From: Candidatus Bathyarchaeota archaeon
Lineage (GTDB): Archaea > Thermoproteota > Bathyarchaeia > Bathyarchaeales > Bathycorpusculaceae
Reading direction: 5' to 3'
Assembly (NCBI GenBank): GCA_963702095.1
Contig: OY969706.1
Span: forward strand, 1,088,001 to 1,152,000
DNA: 64,000 nt
Shown here: positions 39,759 through 47,813 of the stretch, in pieces
Numbering within the stretch: the stretch's first letter is position 1
How the letters are laid out: each line of letters starts with the position of its first letter
Translations under genes and position numbers: made by a program
Notes under the pieces: model-generated
Told to the model about the DNA's origin: nothing
The model's database searches: none
The model's input: the letters and a program-made list of their open reading frames with translations, nothing else

Positions 39759-39968
39759 ATGTTAGAGCTGTTTTTAGAAGGTGATTTTTTGGCAAGAAAA
39801 AAAGGTGAACGATATGAATGTGAAGAATGCGGTCTTGTTGTGGTCGTTGAAAACCCCTGTGACTGCGACGAATCCTGCGAGTTAATCTGCTGTCAGGAAC
39901 CCATGAAACCAGCTAAATCCTCCGCTTCCAAGACATCTGAAAAAGCGCCTGAAAAAACCAAGAAGTAA
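39759..39968 (+). CDS. Small desulforedoxin-like Cys-rich metal-binding protein
   Basis: KGERYECEECGLVV..LICCQEPM. Confidence 0.7.
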   Translation: MLELFLEGDFLARKKGERYECEECGLVVVVENPCDCDESCELICCQEPMKPAKSSASKTSEKAPEKTKK

Positions 39969-40036
39969 ACAAAAAAAATCGCATTCCCACTTTCTTTTTT
40001 TCAGTTACCTCTCATTTAACAGTAGATTAAATGGGT

Positions 40037-40174
40037 TTTTGTTTTTTCTAGTGTTAGATGAAGGCATAGGCGCCCTTACTCTTCTTCTTCCTGTGGCTTT
40101 GGTGGGCGGCTGTGTTTTTTGTTCTGCAACGGTTTTGGGTTGCCGGCTGGTTGTGGAGCAAACCTCAAGCAGAC
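40037..40174 (-). repeat. Dispersed repeat D, copy 2 (inverted)
   Basis: 138-bp exact reverse complement of 31581..31718. Confidence 0.92.
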
Positions 40175-40285
40175 AGCAAATATTTTGGTTGCTGATAATA
40201 GAAAAGACCCGCCGAAAAGTAAGCTTGCGACCAAGCCTAAACATGTTTGCGCAGTAAAAACTCCGTGGAAAAGGCACACCTATAA

Positions 40286-40651
40286 ATGGGTGAAAAACAA
40301 TCATTGCCTATCCAAAAGCGGATAAACATGACTGAACAACCAAACAACCAACCTCAAACTCAAAAACTTTTAATCGATAACCCCGTGAACTTCCAGTTCC
40401 ACGCTGCATACCTCGTCTATGAAGAAGCATTCGACAAGGCACGTGACGAGCAAGCGAGAACTGAATTAAACCAAAACATCCAAAACCTCTACGAAAGCAA
40501 AATCAGCCCAGAAACCTTCTACATGAACGTTTCACGCTTCAGAAAGATTGATGCTCCTCGCCAAGAACGCTTCTCCATGCAGACACAGCGCAAGAGAGAT
40601 TGGCGCAAGAAGGAACAGCGTCAAGACAGAATCAAACGCCACAAGAAATAG
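40286..40651 (+). CDS. Hypothetical protein with a basic C-terminus (start probably 40328)
   Basis: ORF with host-like composition. Confidence 0.65.
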   Translation: MGEKQSLPIQKRINMTEQPNNQPQTQKLLIDNPVNFQFHAAYLVYEEAFDKARDEQARTELNQNIQNLYESKISPETFYMNVSRFRKIDAPRQERFSMQTQRKRDWRKKEQRQDRIKRHKK

Positions 40652-41546
40652 GCCGTTTGCCTTTCGGGTCTTTTTGGACATATTCGAGCGCTTTTAGGGC
40701 GCTTACCTCTTTATCTTTAATTTCAAGCATCAAGTCAAAGTCATAGGGCTTAGTGTTTTCCAGGAAATCGCCGAAATCAGCTAAATCGATGGTCTCTGCA
40801 TGTTGCCCAACCCTTCCCTTGGGCTTCTGTGAGCTGTAGTCCACCATGGGAACCCCATCTTTCTTTGGCTCCCAAGACTTGCTTATCAGTGAAAAAGAGT
40901 CATGGCTGCTCTCTGCGCTGTGGTTTAGTCTATGATGGAATACGTCGAAGAGCACAGGGATCCGTGTTTCAGCGGAAATCGCCAAGCAATCATCGATGTC
41001 GTAGAGTCTTTCGTCGTTCTCAATCACAAGCCGCTGTTTAACTGCTTCTTCTAGTTCCCCAAACCTGCGGATAAAAAGTGCCATGCTTTTAGGCTTGTCT
41101 CCATAAGCGCCGCCCACATGGATTTGGATTTTAGCCGAGGAATCAAGCCTCATCGCATTGAGCAGTTGGGCATGGTAGTTAAGTTCTTTTTTGCTGCGCC
41201 TAAAGGTTTCGTCGCTGATGGAGTTGATTAGGGTAAACTGGTCAGGATGAACTGATATTCTTATGCCATTTCGTGCGATGTAGTCGCCGAGGGTTTCGAA
41301 TTTTCCTCTGTAGTGTTCTTGCCAGTCGAAAGTGTTGATTGGGTGGGACGCGAAGGGAATGATGCCTGATGGGATCCTGAAAAAAAGCAATTGATGCTCA
41401 ACGTTGAATTCCAAGATTTTTTGAAGGCAGGTCAGGTTGCTTTTGATTGTTTCTTTTAGGCGTTCTTCAGAGTAAGATTTTAAGCGAAAAGTTCGGGCGC
41501 TTATGCATCCTACGCTGCTGTTGATGCATGGGTAACCAATTTTCAC
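40632..41546 (-). CDS. uvsE: UV damage endonuclease
   Basis: KIGYPCIN, HPDQF, IHVGG, ENDE, DVFHH, MLEIKDKE. Confidence 0.95.
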   Translation of the reverse strand: MKIGYPCINSSVGCISARTFRLKSYSEERLKETIKSNLTCLQKILEFNVEHQLLFFRIPSGIIPFASHPINTFDWQEHYRGKFETLGDYIARNGIRISVHPDQFTLINSISDETFRRSKKELNYHAQLLNAMRLDSSAKIQIHVGGAYGDKPKSMALFIRRFGELEEAVKQRLVIENDERLYDIDDCLAISAETRIPVLFDVFHHRLNHSAESSHDSFSLISKSWEPKKDGVPMVDYSSQKPKGRVGQHAETIDLADFGDFLENTKPYDFDLMLEIKDKEVSALKALEYVQKDPKGKRPISCGV

Positions 41547-41774
41547 AAAATCTCAACCTTCAAAAACATTCCAATTCAACATACCCTCTGATAGCATAAA
41601 AATCTATTACGGCCTTTTGGGTGCTTTCTGCATTGTTTGCTAAAACACTGGGAAAATAGGCGCAGAAACCAGCTAAGGCTATATTCTGTTTAATCGTGTT
41701 TAAACGTTATATACGGAATGCTTAAACGTGCCATTTTGTCACAAAGGTTAATCTAAAATCCAAAGGGATAACAA

Positions 41775-42521
41775 TTGAACACGCGATTCAAGGCCCAGGA
41801 TATAGCTGTTATTGGCATCAGCGCAGCACTTTATGCTGTATTTGGAATATTAACTGCAGGCTGGAGTTTTATAGGCGTGGGTTTTTTGCCTGCCGTGGTA
41901 ATTCCCGCAGTTTTTGCTGTGCTGTACGGTCCATGGGTGGGTGGATTGGGTGCTGCAATCGGCATTTTTATACGAGACATGTTTGTGCATGGAAACGCAG
42001 CTTTAAGCCTCGTAGCTGGCGTGCCTGCGAACTTTATAGTATTCTTCCTAATTGGGTATATAGCTGTAAGAGAGATAAGCCTCAAACAAGCCCTTATAGG
42101 TATAACGATTGCTGCAATAGGCCTGTTAGTTCCAACTTTAGTCTTCCTTCCCGATTTCTCAACTTACACTGGGTTATCTTCCGAATATTTCCTCCTCACC
42201 TTCGGTCTAACAATTATTCTAAGTCTAGCCATCATAGCTATAGTATCAATACGGTATAAAGAATGGCGAAGTTACGCCATTGGTGTTGTGGTCGGTCAAG
42301 CAATAGGTGCAGCGTTACTGTCAGCAACAGTATGGGCAGTCAGCCCCCTGTTCCTTTCATACTTCGGCACACCATTTGCTGCAATTTACATTCTGCCGCT
42401 ATTTGTTTGGACATTCGCCACAGAAATACCGTTTGTATTGTTGCTCGGACCGCCAATTATAAAAGTATGTTACCGTGCATTTCCTTCGCTAAAACAACGA
42501 AAGATACGCCAAGTGAATTAA
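41775..42521 (+). CDS. ECF transporter S-component-like membrane protein
   Basis: AALYAV..PAVVIPAVFAVLYGPWVGGLGAAIG; first gene of the CoA operon. Confidence 0.75.
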   Translation: MNTRFKAQDIAVIGISAALYAVFGILTAGWSFIGVGFLPAVVIPAVFAVLYGPWVGGLGAAIGIFIRDMFVHGNAALSLVAGVPANFIVFFLIGYIAVREISLKQALIGITIAAIGLLVPTLVFLPDFSTYTGLSSEYFLLTFGLTIILSLAIIAIVSIRYKEWRSYAIGVVVGQAIGAALLSATVWAVSPLFLSYFGTPFAAIYILPLFVWTFATEIPFVLLLGPPIIKVCYRAFPSLKQRKIRQVN

Positions 42522-42522
42522 A

Positions 42523-43455
42523 GTGACCAAAACCGCTAAAGCCTTTGCACCAGCAGCCATATCCAGCTTCTTCGAAATCCACGACACCCAAAACGGCAAA
42601 CCCATCACCCAACTCGAAAAAGTCGGCGCAGTCGGCGGCGGCTTCGGACTGCACAAAGGCGTCCACACCCAAGTCACTGCAGAAGAAGCGAAAAGCAACT
42701 GCGTAACCGTAACAATCAACGGCGAAGCGAACTCGGCAAGAACCACCACCCAGGCAATCCAAACCCTCCTTGCACTGACAGAAAAAAAGTATGCTGTGGC
42801 AGTAGACCACATTATTGAGGTGCCCATAGGCATGGGATTCGGCACCAGTGCAGGCGGTGCATTGACGGCGGGTTTAGCACTGCGAGAAGCCCTCTCATTG
42901 CCATTAACATACAACCAAATCGGCAAAGTCGCCCACATCTCAGAAATCCAGTGCCTAACAGGACTGGGCACGGTGAGTTCGTTGACTTACAGCGGTGGTT
43001 GCGTGCTCGTTGTTGAGCCGGGTGCACCGGGCATCTGCAAAATCGACCGCATACCCCTAACCCCCAACTACGCCGTCGTAGTGGGCTATTACCCTTCGAG
43101 GATACCTAAAAAATCGGTGCTCTCATCTCCTGAGAAGAAACGGGAAATTAACCGCTACGGCAAAAAAACTCTTGAGGCAATTTTGGATGAGCCCAGTTTA
43201 GAGAATTTCTTGTCGTGCTGCTGGGAGTTTGCGCAGAAAGCAGGCTTTGCCACCGAAGACATCTGCCAGCTTGTGGCGGCGGCGAAAAAGGCTGGTGCAG
43301 TGGGTGCAGCGCAGAACATGATTGGGGAGGCTGTGCACGCGGTGGTGGATGAGGAGGGCGCTGAGGCGGTAGCGGAAGCTTTTAAGGAAACCTTATCTCC
43401 AAATCAAGTGTTTATCAGTAGAATAGGTTTTCAGGGTGCAAGACTGGTAAAATGA
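42523..43455 (+). CDS. Pantoate kinase (GHMP family)
   Basis: AFAPAAISSFF, PIGMGFGTSAG, TGLGTV, AQNMIGEAV. Confidence 0.88.
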   Translation: MTKTAKAFAPAAISSFFEIHDTQNGKPITQLEKVGAVGGGFGLHKGVHTQVTAEEAKSNCVTVTINGEANSARTTTQAIQTLLALTEKKYAVAVDHIIEVPIGMGFGTSAGGALTAGLALREALSLPLTYNQIGKVAHISEIQCLTGLGTVSSLTYSGGCVLVVEPGAPGICKIDRIPLTPNYAVVVGYYPSRIPKKSVLSSPEKKREINRYGKKTLEAILDEPSLENFLSCCWEFAQKAGFATEDICQLVAAAKKAGAVGAAQNMIGEAVHAVVDEEGAEAVAEAFKETLSPNQVFISRIGFQGARLVK

Positions 43456-43928
43456 AGCAGTTCAAGAAAGTGGCGGTCGGAGGAACCTTTGATAAGCTGC
43501 ATAGAGGACACCAAGCGTTGCTGGGTAAAGCCTTCGAAGTCGGCGAAAAAGTAGTTATCGGCTTAACATCGGATAGTTTTGTTGAGAGGATGGGTAAGCC
43601 CCATAAAACCGCTTCTTATGACAGCCGCCAAAAAGAACTCTGGGCTTTCCTCCGCGAGAAGGGTTTGGCGGAGAGAGCAGAAATCGTGCCCCTAACCGAC
43701 GCATATGGCTTAACCGTTTCTGGCAGGGGTTTGGAGGCGTTGGTGGTTAGTGAGGAAACCGCGAAAACTGGTGAGGCAATTAATCAGGTGCGTAGAGAAG
43801 CTGGTTATCAACCGCTTGAAATCGTAGTCGTTGGCATGGTGCCCGCTGAAAACCACTGCCCCATTTCAACCACGCGGATTCGCCGCGGAGAAATCGACCG
43901 CAACGGCTACCTAATCACAGTACGCTAA
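43452..43928 (+). CDS. coaD: Archaeal phosphopantetheine adenylyltransferase
   Basis: VGGTFDKLHRGH, LVVSEET, ISTTRIRRGEID. Confidence 0.92.
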   Translation: MKQFKKVAVGGTFDKLHRGHQALLGKAFEVGEKVVIGLTSDSFVERMGKPHKTASYDSRQKELWAFLREKGLAERAEIVPLTDAYGLTVSGRGLEALVVSEETAKTGEAINQVRREAGYQPLEIVVVGMVPAENHCPISTTRIRRGEIDRNGYLITVR

Positions 43929-44864
43929 AGAATTTCGCCTACAACGTTGATGGGTTTAGGAATCAACGACGTTAAGTCTTCAAGCCGCTCCCGATCGATT
44001 GTGGCTAAAACCACTGTAGCTGGACCCGCAGATTTGTTGAGGTCCAACCCCGCGGGTTCCACAAGCTTTAGTTGCCTGCCGACGCCGTAAGCCATCATTT
44101 TGGCTTCGCTGGCAATCCCAAAATCCCCCACTGAAACGATGTCGTGGACGTATTTTCGCTGGGAAAGCTGCGTTACGTTTTTGAGGTCTGCTATTTCGCC
44201 TCTTGCTTCTGCCGCGATGACTTCTTCGCCGACTTTGGGTCTGCCAATTGCCACTATCAAGTCGCCAGGCAACGTTTTTCCAATTCTAAGTTCGCCTTCG
44301 TTGCGCCAACCCCACGACCGTTAAGCCTGCGCCTGTCTGGGTGGTTTGGAAGTTGTCTTCGGTTTTTTCCATTAACACTTGGTTTGGGTCTAAGCCTATG
44401 CTTCGGGCTTCACGTTTTATGCCTTCCAAGATTTCGTTGCCAGTCGGATTCTTCTCAACACCCAACGTTACTGACAGTAGAAGCGGAAACGCGCCTGTCG
44501 CAGTCACATCCATCAACGCGATCCTTGCCAGAAATTTCCCCAAAACTCTGCCATCCACTTTCACCCTGTCATCTATTTTGGGTCCCACGGCTCCTGTGGA
44601 TGTGGAGCCAGCGATGATTGCGTGCCCAGTGGGCATTCTAAGGATGGATATGTCGCCTCTTCTGGTGTAGGCGATTTGGGCAGGTTTAACTTGGAAGACT
44701 ATGGGGCGAAGCATGGTGCTGACGTTTTCGGTGAGGTGGAGGTAGATTGTGAGGGCTTGGCGCATGACTTCGGAGCGGGTTAACTCGTGTTTTTTGGCTA
44801 GTTTGTCTACGTCGGAGATTATTTTGTCGGGTAAACGGACGTTTATGATTTTCAACTGCATCAC
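43925..44864 (-). CDS. RHH (CopG-like) domain fused to an alpha-ribazole kinase CblS-like / PurM-fold domain; frameshift near 44303
   Basis: INVRLP..LTRSEVMRQAL, then GAVGPK.DD.VKV, ARIALMD, TEDNFQTTQTGAGLTVVG, then SAGPAT in the second frame. Confidence 0.7.
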
Positions 44865-44865
44865 T

Positions 44866-44883
44866 GTGTTACAACCGTAACAC
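44866..44883. promoter_or_regulatory. Perfect palindrome GTGTTAC-aacc-GTAACAC, candidate RHH operator
   Basis: Lies between the minus-strand TATA-like element (~44890) and the start codon. Confidence 0.55.
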
Positions 44884-44953
44884 TGGATGCTTTTATGTTT
44901 AGCTAAAATCCGCTACACTCTAATTCAAAAACAAAAAGGGGAGGAAGATGGTT

Positions 44954-46654
44954 TTAGCGGAAGCAGAAGAACCACCCGCTAAGGCGGCCCCAGAAAAAGA
45001 ACTGCCAGGGCGACCAATAGTGTGCTGGGCGGTATGTCCCTGTTTGGCCGTTTGTTGGGAACGTGGGTCTTGTTGGCTGTTGAGTTACCGGCGGCGCTGT
45101 TGGTTTAGCGGTAGGGTCAGGTGTGGGGTCTTGGGTTGGAGCAGGGGTTGGTGAGGTTGTTGGTGATGAAGGTGATGTTTCTGTTGGGTTTGGGGTCGGT
45201 GTTGCAGTTGGTGCTGGTGTTGGCGTCGCAGCGGGGGTTGATGTCGCCTGTGGAGTTGGAGTGGCTGTTGGTTCTTGAGTTGGTGTCGTTGCGGGGCCAT
45301 TGTAGGCGTTGATGAAGGCTTGTCCCATAGTGTTGGGTGAGTAGCCGCTGCTTAGAATGGTTTCGCCTGAGTAGACTGGTCCTAATCCCGCGTCGCTTAA
45401 CCAGTAGTATGCTCCTAAGCCTATGCCAACATCACGTTGTGCCACAACGAGGTTTTGCCACCAAGTGTAGTCGTTTTGTTTGTTGCTGACGGCGCTTAAG
45501 CATGAGCCCTCTTCATTAACCACTAATGGAGCAGTTACGCCCATGGTTGCTACGCCTGCTTGTAGCTGTGCCTTCAAACCCGCGTAGTCGGTGTTCCAAT
45601 AAGAGCTTAAGTCGGTTGGCGCGTGGTAGTAGAGGTGTGTGGTGTAGACTAGGTTGGTTGCGCTTGGTATGGCTGTTGCGATTTGTTTGCACCAGCTGAG
45701 GTCGTTGCCATAGCCGTTGGGGAACCAGCCCATGTGCCACTGCATCATGACTAGGTTGGTTGAACCTGTTCCACGAATTGCACTGTACATAGTCTGCAAG
45801 TATTGGAGGTAACCTGAGGTTATGGGTGCGTTGTCCGCGCCGGGTTGCGGTTCATTCCATGCCTCGAAGATCGCGTTTGGACAGTTCATCAATGTCTTTG
45901 CCATGTCGCTCCAGAACCAGCTCCAGAAGCCCAGTTCATTGCTGCCGTAGCCTGCATCTGAGAGAAATCTTTGTCCTGCACTGTCCCAGCTGCACATTGG
46001 CAATCCTTGACCTCCTGCAAAGCTTGAGGTTGCATAGGGGTCTTTGCCAAAGGAGCCTGAGTATGGCGTCAGCATGTAGGGAACTATGTCGACGTAGATT
46101 CCGTATTTGGCTGCTTCATTGCACAGTGTTTGCAGGTACGCTTTGGTGCTAATTGGAGTTGAAGAGGCATAGTTACTGTCTTCCTGTGCGGGTGCAATGT
46201 TGTCGCGGTAGTACCAGCTTGGATAGATGAAGACCCGTATCATGTTTATGTGCCATTGATTTTGCATGGCAGAGAAGGTCTGATCCATCGCTGTAGTTGG
46301 GTTGTAGTTCCATTGGGCGCCGAAGTTGTCGGTTGCCCCGCTTCCCCAGAGGATCAAGTCAGGTGCAAACCCCGCGACACCTACACCACGGAGGTAAACA
46401 ACGTTGTCGTCTGCATCCAAAATGTTTGAGCCAGAGGTATGCAGAACAAGCGTTGTAGCCGCCTGCGCCGGTTGCACCGCCAGCACAGAAACCATGCCAA
46501 CGATGAACAATGCGCATAAACCGATTGCAAACGGTTTAGATAGTTTCTTCAGCCCGCGAAATTGATTGGACCCCGCCATAGGGTTTCCTAATGTTTTTGT
46601 CTTCACTTTTTTCTCTCTTCCTGAATTTGTGATTTCCCTTATCGTTTGGATCAA
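44954..46654 (-). CDS. Secreted GH5-family glycoside hydrolase with a Pro/Thr linker
   Basis: LRGV, NMIRV, FEAWNEP (acid/base), HLY, VVNEEG (nucleophile); PT repeats. Confidence 0.85.
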   Translation of the reverse strand: MIQTIREITNSGREKKVKTKTLGNPMAGSNQFRGLKKLSKPFAIGLCALFIVGMVSVLAVQPAQAATTLVLHTSGSNILDADDNVVYLRGVGVAGFAPDLILWGSGATDNFGAQWNYNPTTAMDQTFSAMQNQWHINMIRVFIYPSWYYRDNIAPAQEDSNYASSTPISTKAYLQTLCNEAAKYGIYVDIVPYMLTPYSGSFGKDPYATSSFAGGQGLPMCSWDSAGQRFLSDAGYGSNELGFWSWFWSDMAKTLMNCPNAIFEAWNEPQPGADNAPITSGYLQYLQTMYSAIRGTGSTNLVMMQWHMGWFPNGYGNDLSWCKQIATAIPSATNLVYTTHLYYHAPTDLSSYWNTDYAGLKAQLQAGVATMGVTAPLVVNEEGSCLSAVSNKQNDYTWWQNLVVAQRDVGIGLGAYYWLSDAGLGPVYSGETILSSGYSPNTMGQAFINAYNGPATTPTQEPTATPTPQATSTPAATPTPAPTATPTPNPTETSPSSPTTSPTPAPTQDPTPDPTAKPTAPPVTQQPTRPTFPTNGQTGTYRPAHYWSPWQFFFWGRLSGWFFCFR

Positions 46655-46862
46655 TTTTAATGCTTTTTGAAAAGAGCGTTACGCTATCTTGTTAAATCTG
46701 GCGCGGGCGTTGCGAAGCTAACTTTACAAGCTTAGTAAAGGGTCAAATACTCAGACAAGTTACACTTGGAATGTTAGATCTTGACCATTGCTTGGTCCGC
46801 TCCACCCGAAAAGCACAAGTGTTATATGCATCAATCAATAAAAAAATTCAGGATGGTCGTAA

Positions 46863-47810
46863 ATGAAAAACAAGGTTTTAGCGTTAAGTATCATTTTATT
46901 ATTAACAACCATATCTTTAACTTCAATTACGTTTGCCCAAGCAGCGGGAGAAAGCCAATGGATCGGCGACTACGAGATACATGATGCATCAACTAACGCC
47001 CTTCTTGTCCAGCATGACGCCGCCACAAACACAACCACAACTATCTCCCCCGTTCTTCCGGGCGCTGACATAACAGTTGATTTCACAGTTAACATTCTTG
47101 CAGGCGGCGAAGGAAACCTTAAGCTATCCACTTCTCTGTCCAAGACATCGGGTCAAAGCACCTATTGGACACTTGAAAGCGACGATTACACCATGGGCAG
47201 CCAATACAACCCCGCCCAGCAATCAACACCATTTAACTGGGTTGAGGGCTCTTTTGAAATGTCTCTTCGCGGAACAGTTTCCAGCAGTGCAAGCGCCTCT
47301 CGACCAGTCACCGTGGTCACACTGGCTGGTCCATCTGGAAGTGTACTTGGACAGTTAATAGTAACTTCTACCAGCGCTAAAATGAATACTTACCTAACCC
47401 TCTACAGCCAGAAAAATGCAAACCTAAACCAACTTGTATCCGGCGGAGTTGACGCAGGATTTATTGAATTATACACTAACACTCTTAACGCATCCAAAGT
47501 AGTAGCTAACGGCGGAGACGTTGACAGCGCGATTGCCATCTTAAACGGCTTAGACGTTGCTAACCCACCTGCCGGTTCAACCATGCAAATGCTGTTTCTG
47601 CCGCTTGTAGGAGTCACAGTTGCCATAGCGGTAATCTTCTTAGTGCTATTCCTAAGAATTCGCGGCAGGATCGGTTACTTCCAACTCGTCGTTGAAGACC
47701 AAATCAAAGACCTTGAAGGTTTAACGCTAAGAGCCAGAAAAATTGACCGTGCAATGTCAGCAAACTTGGACTCCATCAAGGACAGACTCAAAAACTTAGT
47801 TGGGATGTGA
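46863..47810 (+). CDS. Secreted single-pass membrane protein with a cytoplasmic coiled-coil tail
   Basis: Signal peptide, beta-rich ectodomain, TM, then QIKDLEGL..LDSIKDRL; abuts the tubulin-like gene. Confidence 0.75.
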   Translation: MKNKVLALSIILLLTTISLTSITFAQAAGESQWIGDYEIHDASTNALLVQHDAATNTTTTISPVLPGADITVDFTVNILAGGEGNLKLSTSLSKTSGQSTYWTLESDDYTMGSQYNPAQQSTPFNWVEGSFEMSLRGTVSSSASASRPVTVVTLAGPSGSVLGQLIVTSTSAKMNTYLTLYSQKNANLNQLVSGGVDAGFIELYTNTLNASKVVANGGDVDSAIAILNGLDVANPPAGSTMQMLFLPLVGVTVAIAVIFLVLFLRIRGRIGYFQLVVEDQIKDLEGLTLRARKIDRAMSANLDSIKDRLKNLVGM

Positions 47811-47813
47811 TAG

